NCBI GenBank assembly: GCA_048887225.1
Contig: JBHLJY010000017.1
Coordinates: forward strand, 1 to 48,243
Reading direction: 5' to 3'
Source of the DNA: Candidatus Hodarchaeota archaeon
GTDB taxonomy: Archaea > Asgardarchaeota > Lokiarchaeia > Sigyniarchaeales > SOKP01
Length of the DNA: 48,243 nucleotides
In this document: positions 38,134 to 46,558 of the stretch, one piece after another
How positions within the stretch are numbered: the first letter of the stretch is position 1
Layout: every line of letters starts with the position of its first letter
Position numbers and translations under genes: made by a program
Notes under the pieces: generated by a model
Database searches by the model: none
What the model was told of the DNA's origin: nothing
Seen by the model: only the letters and a program-made list of their open reading frames with translations

Positions 38134-39054
38134 ATGGGAAAAAATAATCATAAAAGAAAAGGACTAATATTTGATATTCAAAGGTTCTGCATTCATGATG
38201 GTCCTGGCATAAGAACAACAATATTTTTAAAAGGATGTCCATTAAGATGTCTCTGGTGTTCTAATCCTGAATCTATAGATCCATTTCCCATATTAATCAC
38301 CCGTACTATTAAATGTAAAAGATGCGGAGCTTGTGTAAAAGTTTGCCCTAATGGAGCTATTACTCTTAATAATGATGAAGGAAGAAAAATTAATTGGTCC
38401 GCTTGTGATCAATGTCTAGAATGTACAAATGCCTGTATTTTTCAAGCGCTTAATGTTTGCGGATATTATATGAGTGTTGAGGATATTCTGAAAGAAGTCA
38501 TTAGAGATAAAATGTTTTATGAAAACTCCAGTGGAGGTGTTACTATATCTGGAGGTGAACCACTTCATCAATGGAAATTTGTGTCAAGCTTATGCAAAGT
38601 ATTAAAGGAAAATCAACTTCACACAGCACTAGAAACAACAGGTTACGTACCTTGGGAACATTTTGAACAAGTATTAAAATATTTTGATCTAATACTTTAT
38701 GATGTTAAACATACTGATGCTGAGGAACATCAAAAAGGGACAAATGTACACAATGAATTAATTCTGAATAACTTGCGTAAAATTGTTGGAAAAACAGCTA
38801 TTTGGATTAGAATGCCATTAATTGCCGATTATAATGATTCAACGGATAACGTTAAGAAATTAATCCATTTAGCTAAAGAAATTGGAGCGGAAAGAATATC
38901 TCTGCTTCCTTACCATGAGGGAGGGAAGTCCAAATGTGAGCAAATTGGAAGAATTTATCCAGTACCAAATGCTAAAGCCCCTTCAGAAGAAAGAGTGCTA
39001 GAAATCCAGAAATTCATCAATTCGATGGGAATTCAAGCAACCATAGGTAATTAA
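38134..39054 (+). CDS. Glycyl-radical enzyme activating enzyme (radical SAM with ferredoxin insert)
   Basis: IHDGPGIRTTIFLKGCPLRCLWCSNPE; insert CKRCGACVKVCP / CDQCLECTNAC; GGVTISGGEP. Confidence 0.96.
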   Translation: MGKNNHKRKGLIFDIQRFCIHDGPGIRTTIFLKGCPLRCLWCSNPESIDPFPILITRTIKCKRCGACVKVCPNGAITLNNDEGRKINWSACDQCLECTNACIFQALNVCGYYMSVEDILKEVIRDKMFYENSSGGVTISGGEPLHQWKFVSSLCKVLKENQLHTALETTGYVPWEHFEQVLKYFDLILYDVKHTDAEEHQKGTNVHNELILNNLRKIVGKTAIWIRMPLIADYNDSTDNVKKLIHLAKEIGAERISLLPYHEGGKSKCEQIGRIYPVPNAKAPSEERVLEIQKFINSMGIQATIGN

Positions 39055-39110
39055 TATAAATTACAATTAGAGAAAATCTATTTTTTTAATATCATTTAAT
39101 TTTAACTATT

Positions 39111-39554
39111 TCATACTAACTTTTTATGCATCACATAATGCTCAATTTCATTAAAAAGAAGTGGTCCCTCTCCGATTATTTTATAATCAAGTTTTTCAAA
39201 AAAATCTTTTGCTGTTTTTCTAGTGTTTAATTTGATATTATGGATTCCAAGACTAATCACAAATCCTTCTATATATCGAATTAATTTACTAGCAATTCTT
39301 TTGTTTCGATACTCCTTCTCAACTGCTAAATACCTTATTTGTCCCTCTCTTTCGTTATTTTTATGAAAACGAGCAGTTGCTACAATTTTATTATTTAAAG
39401 TAACAATAAATGGATAAGATTCATTTTCGATATCATCCTTCTCAGAACCTCTTGGCTGATTCCATAATTTTCTTAACACTCTCCATCTTAAATCATACAT
39501 CAAATCAAAATCTTCTTTAGAGAGTGGTTGACGAATTATTAGAGGTTCTTCCAT
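39111..39554 (-). CDS. GNAT acetyltransferase (ElaA/YiiD-N-like)
   Basis: DLRWRVLRK, GQIRYLAVEKEYRNKRIA, LNTRKTAKDFFEKLDY, IEHYVM. Confidence 0.9.
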   Translation of the reverse strand: MEEPLIIRQPLSKEDFDLMYDLRWRVLRKLWNQPRGSEKDDIENESYPFIVTLNNKIVATARFHKNNEREGQIRYLAVEKEYRNKRIASKLIRYIEGFVISLGIHNIKLNTRKTAKDFFEKLDYKIIGEGPLLFNEIEHYVMHKKLV

Positions 39555-39578
39555 TTTAATAGCAACTTTAACTAATTA

Positions 39579-41087
39579 TTATCTTAAAGACATCCGTGAA
39601 ACGTAAATCTTGTAAAACCAATCGACTATATATTGAAAGAAAAACCGTTCTCGAAGGACATCATAATGTGATTTCTTTTTTAAGCTTGTCAATTTTGCAA
39701 TATCTTCAGACTTAATTTTATCCTCTGCAATTAAATTCATTCGTGCTTTGAATTGATCAATCATACTTATTGGCCGCAGAATTACAGAAATTGCTTTAGA
39801 GATCTTATTTATTAATTTGCGAAATTCTGGATTAAATTCAGTTCTAGATTTTTCAGATTCGTTGAGAAAGCTTTTTAATTTCTTTATAATTGGTTCTTTT
39901 TTGTAATAATTAATTAATTCTTTTTGATCGATGATCTCAATAAGATAATTAATCACATTTTTAATGATTAAGTGTTCAATTTGCAAATTTTTCATTTCTT
40001 TTTCTAATCGAACTAAAAACTGTTGCTTTAAAAATTGCTTGTATTTAACAATGATTGCTTCGTTCTCTCTTATATCCGAGCAAATTTCGACAACCTCCCC
40101 TTTTGGAGTTGAATATGTAAAACCATGACCCTGTGGCCCAAGCCCTCCTAATAAAACCATTGAAAGAATGTAGAAATTGTAATTATCTTTATCTAAAATA
40201 TTATTCAAATTTTTTGTTATGTTTTTTGGAGATATTAAATGCTTTTTAATTTCTGTATGTTCCCGCTCCTCTTCAATACCAATAAAATACGTTTTGTAAT
40301 TATATGAAACCTTGAATTCAATAAAATCGTTCTCAGTTAATAAATCATACTGATTTTTTCTTAATTGATTTCCTTGAATTAAAATATTCTTTTTAAATTC
40401 TCTAATAAATTTTTTAATTGAACCTAAGTTTCTAACGCTAAGACCGTATATAGAGTATTGGTTAAAAAAAATATATTTAATGTAATATATTAACTGATCT
40501 GTATTCATAGTATATACAGATTGATAGCCTATGAAATAATCAAAGAGATCCTGAGGCATAACTTTATAAACAAAATAAATCAGAGAATTTGATACTTCTC
40601 CAAATAGATCATTTAAATTTGAGAGCAATTGTCTATCTTTTTTCAGTTCTTCTATTTCTTTTAAATCCTCTTTACTTAAATCTCTTTCAATCAAATTAAA
40701 TTCGTTGAAAAACCTTATAATCTCGATAATTTTACCAAGTGAAGAAGTTTGATATACTGTTGAAATTTCTTCTGTGCAATTCAGTAATAACTCCGATAAA
40801 ATTTCAAATCGATCTTTAAATTTTCTTATATCAATGAAAATGTCAAAATAAATTGATAAACCAAACATCTCCCTAAAGATATCAAATTTACTATATTTAA
40901 GATTTTTTGAAAGACCTTTATAAAAGCTCTCTTCAACTAATTCTTTATGCCCTTTGTTTGTGGTTGAGGTGATCAAATTTGAGAAATGTTCTAATCCAGT
41001 TTGCTTTATAATACTTTTAATTTTAGAAAGATCTCCGGATTTTAAAGAATTAATTATCGAGTCAAAATAATTGTCTGTAGTTGTCAT
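39579..41087 (-). CDS. Hypothetical protein
   Basis: 502-aa ORF, mostly helical, with one Gly-rich block LGGLGPQGHGFTYSTPKGEVVEICSD. Confidence 0.8.
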   Translation of the reverse strand: MTTTDNYFDSIINSLKSGDLSKIKSIIKQTGLEHFSNLITSTTNKGHKELVEESFYKGLSKNLKYSKFDIFREMFGLSIYFDIFIDIRKFKDRFEILSELLLNCTEEISTVYQTSSLGKIIEIIRFFNEFNLIERDLSKEDLKEIEELKKDRQLLSNLNDLFGEVSNSLIYFVYKVMPQDLFDYFIGYQSVYTMNTDQLIYYIKYIFFNQYSIYGLSVRNLGSIKKFIREFKKNILIQGNQLRKNQYDLLTENDFIEFKVSYNYKTYFIGIEEEREHTEIKKHLISPKNITKNLNNILDKDNYNFYILSMVLLGGLGPQGHGFTYSTPKGEVVEICSDIRENEAIIVKYKQFLKQQFLVRLEKEMKNLQIEHLIIKNVINYLIEIIDQKELINYYKKEPIIKKLKSFLNESEKSRTEFNPEFRKLINKISKAISVILRPISMIDQFKARMNLIAEDKIKSEDIAKLTSLKKKSHYDVLRERFFFQYIVDWFYKIYVSRMSLR

Positions 41088-41151
41088 TTAACAAATGAAT
41101 TATAATAAAACAAGATATTAAACTTATGGTTATAAAATAATTAGATTCAAT

Positions 41152-41532
41152 TTAATCTAAAAGTTGTGAAATCTTTTCACTAACTGACTGAATATTGATG
41201 AAAACCATTCCAAGTGATGCTTCAGCACGGGTGAGAGTTGCAAGTATAGCGTTAGTCCCAGCTTTCGATAAGATTATTGTTCCGTCTTCGCCTTCAATAA
41301 GAATTCTCTTGAGATTACCTCGAGCAAGTTCTTCAACTGCCCTCTCAGAAACAGATAAAATTGCTGCAGACATTGCTGAAACTATCCCATCATTTACATC
41401 TCTGGCAAGAACCGAACAAATTGGTAATCCTTGGATTGAAACGATTGCACTCCCCTGTATATCCGCATTGACCGCTTCCATTTTTCGTAATAATTCAATA
41501 AGTTCGCTGATGTTTTCACTCAATGTTTTCAC
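41152..41532 (-). CDS. Roadblock/LC7 (MglB-like) protein
   Basis: IQGSAIVSIQGLPICS, VSAMSAAILSVSERAVEEL, ILIEGEDG, ASLGMVF. Confidence 0.93.
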   Translation of the reverse strand: MKTLSENISELIELLRKMEAVNADIQGSAIVSIQGLPICSVLARDVNDGIVSAMSAAILSVSERAVEELARGNLKRILIEGEDGTIILSKAGTNAILATLTRAEASLGMVFINIQSVSEKISQLLD

Positions 41533-41708
41533 TCAATAAATTTTTACATATAAAAATTGTATGTTAATATAATATTTTTTATTATTTTATATTATTTTTT
41601 ATTATTATATTATATTTACAATCTTTATTATATTATTAATAGTCTATTTTATTTCATATTAAATCTTTTTAAAAAATCTTTTTATCAAAATTTATATTAA
41701 ATATTTTA

Positions 41709-42680
41709 ATGAGTGATAAAAGAACGGCTACAAAGCAAAAAAGTGAAGAAGATTTAAAAAAAGATGACGAAGAAGAAAAAGCTTTAAAAATTGAATCTTT
41801 AAGAAAAGCTGGCAAAATCGCTCAAGAAGTTAAAAAGTATATTAAACCTCAAATAAAAGTAGGTTCAAAAGCATTAGATATAATTAACGCTGCTGAAGCT
41901 AAAATTATAGAATTGGAGGGATACACTGCATTTCCTGTTAATTTATCTATTAACAATATTGCAGCTCATTATACATCTCCAATGAGAGATGATGGTTTAA
42001 CAATAAACGATAATGATATTGTCAAATTAGATATAGGTGTTCATATTGAGGGATATATCGTAGATACTGCTTTTACCGTGAGTTTTAATAATGACGAGGC
42101 ACTTGAAAATATCATTCAAGCAACTGAAGTAGCAGTTGAAGCTGCTAAAATGATGGCTAAACCAGGCATTAACACTAAAGAAATCGGTAAAAAAATAGAG
42201 AGTATTGTAAAAGGCTTTAAATATAATCCAATTAAGGAATTAGGTGGCCATCAAATTGAAAGATGGACTGTTCATGGAAAAAAAGCTCTACCTGAATTAG
42301 GAAGTCAGGGTGGCGATGAAATGGAGGAGGGAGATGTTTTTGGAGTTGAAATTTTTGCTTCTACAGGTGAGGGTTCAGTTCATCTAACAAATAACTCATT
42401 TATATATGAATTGAATCCATATTCAGGAAGGGTACCATTACGTCGGAAAATCTCTAAACAAATTCTAGGATTTGTCAATAAAAATTATAAGACTTTACCA
42501 TTTGCTGAAAGATGGTTAGCCAAGGAATTTAGAATGGGTATAACCTTTGGAATTCAAGAACTCGTCAAACAAAATAAATTGCAAGCTCATTATGTTCTTG
42601 CGGAAAATAGAGGTGAATATATTGCCCAATCTGAAGATACCATAATAATTACTGAAGATGGTTATGAACAACTTACTTGA
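41709..42680 (+). CDS. map: Methionine aminopeptidase type II
   Basis: AFPVNLSINNIAAHYT, DIGVHIEGYIVDTAFT, LGGHQI, EIFASTG, TLPFAERWL, AQSEDT. Confidence 0.97.
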   Translation: MSDKRTATKQKSEEDLKKDDEEEKALKIESLRKAGKIAQEVKKYIKPQIKVGSKALDIINAAEAKIIELEGYTAFPVNLSINNIAAHYTSPMRDDGLTINDNDIVKLDIGVHIEGYIVDTAFTVSFNNDEALENIIQATEVAVEAAKMMAKPGINTKEIGKKIESIVKGFKYNPIKELGGHQIERWTVHGKKALPELGSQGGDEMEEGDVFGVEIFASTGEGSVHLTNNSFIYELNPYSGRVPLRRKISKQILGFVNKNYKTLPFAERWLAKEFRMGITFGIQELVKQNKLQAHYVLAENRGEYIAQSEDTIIITEDGYEQLT

Positions 42681-42719
42681 ATGAATGAAAAAAAAATATT
42701 GAACTTATACTAATTTTTT

Positions 42720-43832
42720 ATGAAAAAACTCAGCATTTGCCTTGTCTCATTAACTATTGCTCCAGATAGTCAAGATGGAAGTGCTAAATTTTTTCGTGGG
42801 ATTTATGATTATTTAATACAACAAGGTCATAATGTTTCTCTTTTTACAGGGAAATGGAATGTAGAGCTTGATGATCCAAATATTATTCAAATAGATTTAA
42901 TCAAAAGAAGTTATTTTTGGATACCTCAATTTACCTACAAAATTATTAAATATCTTAAGAAACAGAATTTTGATATTATTCACGGAAATGGTCCTAAAGG
43001 TTCTTTACCACTTCTTTTAATTCCAAATAAAGAATTTATAGCTACTCTTCATGATTTAGGCCCACTTGAACCAACATTTTCATTAATTAATAGTGAAAAA
43101 TATTTATTTAAGGCGGTTGCAAGAAAGGCTAAATTTTTGACTACCTGTTCGGAATTCATTAGAAATGAAATTAAACGCTATATACCCTATGTAAACATTA
43201 AAAATATATTTAATTTATATTCTGCTATTGAGGAAAAATTCAAACCTTATCCAAAGGAGGCTCAGAAATTAAAAGAAAAACTAGATATTCAAGGGCCGAT
43301 ACTCTTGTATATAGGCCGTATAGCGTTATATAAAGGTGTACACTATTTAATTAGTGCTTATAAATTAGCAAAAAAACAAATTCCAGATCTTAATTTAATT
43401 ATTGGAGGAAAACCTGATTTTTATATGGAAAAATATTATAAATTTTGGAAAAAAAAATATAAGGATATTTATTTTATTGGATTTATTTCTGAAAAAGAGA
43501 TTCCATTTTATTATTCTATGGGTGATATTTTCGTAAATTATTCATTCGCCTCTGAAGGATTTGGGCTTACACCTCTCGAAGCGATTGCCTGTGGAACACC
43601 AATAATTTGCTCCTCATTGAATCCTTACAAAGAAGTATTAAAAGATAATGCGATTTTTGTTCCTCCACAGAATCCAAAATTATTGGCGAAGGCAATAATT
43701 AATTTATTGAAGGATGAAACTAAAAGAAAAGCTCAACTTGTTGAAAAAGCTCAACTATTTATTAAGAGATATACTTGGGATGCTGTAGGTAAAAAATTGG
43801 AGAATGTATATAGAGAATTCTTAGAAAACTAA
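42720..43832 (+). CDS. Glycosyltransferase family 4
   Basis: LYIGRIALYKG, EGFGLTPLEAIACGTPII, YTWD. Confidence 0.93.
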   Translation: MKKLSICLVSLTIAPDSQDGSAKFFRGIYDYLIQQGHNVSLFTGKWNVELDDPNIIQIDLIKRSYFWIPQFTYKIIKYLKKQNFDIIHGNGPKGSLPLLLIPNKEFIATLHDLGPLEPTFSLINSEKYLFKAVARKAKFLTTCSEFIRNEIKRYIPYVNIKNIFNLYSAIEEKFKPYPKEAQKLKEKLDIQGPILLYIGRIALYKGVHYLISAYKLAKKQIPDLNLIIGGKPDFYMEKYYKFWKKKYKDIYFIGFISEKEIPFYYSMGDIFVNYSFASEGFGLTPLEAIACGTPIICSSLNPYKEVLKDNAIFVPPQNPKLLAKAIINLLKDETKRKAQLVEKAQLFIKRYTWDAVGKKLENVYREFLEN

Positions 43833-43840
43833 TTATTTTT

Positions 43841-44950
43841 TTAGCTTTTTTCTAATAATCTATTTTTAACGTAATCAAAACAAATTTGATTTGGATTATC
43901 AAATTGCTTAATTTTTTCCTTGAATGATAAATTAAATCTATTACGTGATGGTTGTTGATTTAGAATTTCAATTGATCTTTCAATTATTTTATCCAGCTCT
44001 TTAATATGTTCTAAAAAAAAGCCATTTTCGATCAAAAACTTTTCTTGTGGCGCTGTATCACCTGGAAAAAATTCTATACTCGGTATATTTAAAAGGCTTG
44101 ATTCACGTACAATCGTACCTCCACCACTTATAATTAAAGAACCGTAAAAGCAAAAATCAACCATATTAGGCAAATATCGAGTAATCAATATATTTTTCTC
44201 ATCTAAAAGATTCTTCAGGTTTTTATGCAGAAATTCTTCTTGCTTTTGAGTTCGAACTAGTAGAAAATATTTGTGATTAGGAAATTGCTTAAAAATTTGG
44301 GGAAAGAATTCAACAATCTTTGTTGCTTCAGCATTAAGTTTTTTAATAAAATATGATGCAAAACTCGGTTCACTTCTTATGATGACAAATTTTCCTTTTT
44401 CTAAATCAAAATCTTTTAAAATTTGTGGATTTGGAACATAATCTGAAAGCCATCCTATTTCATCGATACCATTATAACGTATTAATTTTTTTGGGTCTGC
44501 ATTTAGACGTATATACAATTCCTGAGGAACGCATTTGGGCGTTATAATTTTATCTAGAAATGGTAAAATTAATTTACAAACATGTTCATTACGAGGTTCA
44601 TCGTTATATCCTATAGATGGAATATTTAATCCATAGGCAATTCTAGTTCCTTCCACTGAAGAGAATGTGACGAAAAAATCTGGTGTGAATTTTTTAACGT
44701 AAAGGAAAAGCTTTCTTAAACGATCCATGTATTTCTGTAATTTGTCTTCTAATTTTTCTCCACCATGTTTTCCAATTTTTATATAATCTATATTTTGGTC
44801 GTCCAATATTTGACAAGTTGAGTCAAAATCCCGGGCAGTAATTAATAGCTCAACACCTTCTTTTTGAAACATTTTAAAAAGCGGATTGAACATAACACTT
44901 GCTTTTGGTTCTTCTACATCAAACCATATTTTTTTACCCGAAAGACTCAT
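43841..44950 (-). CDS. DUF354-family GT-B fold protein
   Basis: KIWFD, LLITARD, IGKHGG, RIAYGLNIPSI, YNGIDE, IIRSEPSFASY, ISGGGTIVRESSLLNIPSI. Confidence 0.82.
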   Translation of the reverse strand: MSLSGKKIWFDVEEPKASVMFNPLFKMFQKEGVELLITARDFDSTCQILDDQNIDYIKIGKHGGEKLEDKLQKYMDRLRKLFLYVKKFTPDFFVTFSSVEGTRIAYGLNIPSIGYNDEPRNEHVCKLILPFLDKIITPKCVPQELYIRLNADPKKLIRYNGIDEIGWLSDYVPNPQILKDFDLEKGKFVIIRSEPSFASYFIKKLNAEATKIVEFFPQIFKQFPNHKYFLLVRTQKQEEFLHKNLKNLLDEKNILITRYLPNMVDFCFYGSLIISGGGTIVRESSLLNIPSIEFFPGDTAPQEKFLIENGFFLEHIKELDKIIERSIEILNQQPSRNRFNLSFKEKIKQFDNPNQICFDYVKNRLLEKS

Positions 44951-44992
44951 ATTAAGCGCTTTATTGTTTTTTTTTAAAAAATAGAAACTAAC

Positions 44993-45742
44993 TTATTTCC
45001 AGTCATCTGGAATTTTTTTTAAAAATTTCGCTGGATTACCTACTATTATATCTCCTTCTTCTGTATCTTTATTTACAATAGTCCCTGCTCCAACGATAGT
45101 ACCTTTTTTTAATCTAACACCTGGAAAGATTACTGAATTTGCACCTAATGAGACGTAATCTTCTATAGTAGGACCAATTAAATCGAAACTTTTACGTAAC
45201 ATATATTTATCATTTGTTAATTTGCTAAAAGGCCCCATAAAGACATTATTTTGGATTTTAGAGAATAATGGAATATATACTCCTGTTTGCATATTCGTAT
45301 TAATTCCAATTGAGACATTACCATCAATAATACAATTTGTTCCTATCAACGAAAATTCGCCTATTGTTGTTTTTTCCCTGATCATTACATTATGACCAGT
45401 TTGACAATTCGCACCAATGTTAACTTCAGAATAAATTATAGTACCAGCTCTAATCGCACAATTTTTACTTATTGTTACCATAGGGCCTTCGAATTCAGTA
45501 ATAGGTTTTTTACTTGCGATTATATCTTTCAATTGGGTTCTCTGAGGATGTCCGATAATGCAATTATCACCTATATAAGAGTTAGTTTTAATATGCGCCT
45601 TACCATAAATTTTTACTCCTTTAGAGATGTAAACATCATTTTCTATTGTTACACCTTTGCCAATTATAGTAAAAGCATCAATAAAGGCATCTTTGTGTAC
45701 AGTAGCTTCGGGATGAATTATAGCAAAATTTTTACTCTCCAT
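44993..45742 (-). CDS. Left-handed beta-helix (hexapeptide) acyltransferase, probably a sugar N-/O-acetyltransferase
   Basis: Hexapeptide repeats; GHNVMIRE, LTNDKY, GANSVIFPGV, VGNPAK. Confidence 0.88.
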   Translation of the reverse strand: MESKNFAIIHPEATVHKDAFIDAFTIIGKGVTIENDVYISKGVKIYGKAHIKTNSYIGDNCIIGHPQRTQLKDIIASKKPITEFEGPMVTISKNCAIRAGTIIYSEVNIGANCQTGHNVMIREKTTIGEFSLIGTNCIIDGNVSIGINTNMQTGVYIPLFSKIQNNVFMGPFSKLTNDKYMLRKSFDLIGPTIEDYVSLGANSVIFPGVRLKKGTIVGAGTIVNKDTEEGDIIVGNPAKFLKKIPDDWK

Positions 45743-45811
45743 TTCCTTTTCGTATTCTCATTATGAAATAACTATATATTTTAATAATCTATTGAAATAA
45801 TTTTAAATTAA

Positions 45812-46105
45812 TTATTTTCCGCATCGGCATGGTAAAGAATTGCATTTTCTACATTTATTTGGATACTTTTCAACTAAAGCTTTTTCAACATCAATATTTA
45901 ATAAATTCGCTAATGAATTAGCCCATGCTATTAAATCTGCTATTTCTTCAGAAGCTCTTTTTTTATCAATTTCTTGTTTCCGTATGATACTTGCTAATTC
46001 TCCCATTTCTTCAATTAACCAAACAAATGTGGCTTTTATCCCCCTCCTTGAATCTCTTTCAAAATAAATATCGTTTATTATTTTTTGAAAATCTGAGATT
46101 TTCAT
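45812..46105 (-). CDS. MazG-like nucleotide pyrophosphohydrolase
   Basis: WLIEEMGELA, EEIADLIAW, EKYPNKCRKCNSLPCRC. Confidence 0.9.
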   Translation of the reverse strand: MKISDFQKIINDIYFERDSRRGIKATFVWLIEEMGELASIIRKQEIDKKRASEEIADLIAWANSLANLLNIDVEKALVEKYPNKCRKCNSLPCRCGK

Positions 46106-46180
46106 AATTGTCTAACCTACATATAATAGTAATAAAATTATAAAATAGAAATTAAAGCTTAATGTATTGAATACTATTAA

Positions 46181-46405
46181 TTAAGCTCCTCCACCTGCTG
46201 GAGTTAAAATCCAATTAAACATTCCAAGATGCCCTAAAATTACAATTAAAATTAAAGCAACTGCTAATAATATTGTACTTATTGGTCCAATTTTTACGCC
46301 TATTGAACTGTCTTCAAAAAACCTCATTAATCCCGCCCCTCCAAGTGGCATAGGAGAACTTCCACTTCTTCTTTTTTTTCTCCTGCTTTGTCTTCGACTA
46401 GACAT
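46181..46405 (-). CDS. sec61B: Preprotein translocase subunit Sec61beta (archaeal SecG)
   Basis: Basic N-terminus, AGLMRFFED...VKIGP, single C-terminal TM. Confidence 0.93.
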   Translation of the reverse strand: MSSRRQSRRKKRRSGSSPMPLGGAGLMRFFEDSSIGVKIGPISTILLAVALILIVILGHLGMFNWILTPAGGGA

Positions 46406-46558
46406 AATAAAATAATGTTTTAAATTGTTATAACAACTTTATTATAGAAAAAATATACAACTAAGATTTAAAATTTTATTATAATCTGCAAGATCAAAAA
46501 TATAATAAATTTTTATTAATTATTTTTTTATAATTTAAAGAAGCTAAGATAAAGTATA

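Noticed and set aside
41533-41708. Extremely AT-rich spacer with short attatttttt repeats; considered as replication origin/DUE or CRISPR
   Set aside because: No ORB-like G-string boxes, no cdc6/orc1 nearby and no repeat-spacer periodicity. Best explained as a low-complexity divergent promoter region.
1188-45766. Short alternative-frame and antisense ORFs in the track (e.g. 1188..1373, 2412..2810, 5113..5484, 7303..7524, 9348..9827, 22786..23130, 27038..27415, 36832..37014, 41195..41539, 45392..45766)
   Set aside because: All lie within or opposite well-supported genes and have no recognisable motifs; they are shadow ORFs.
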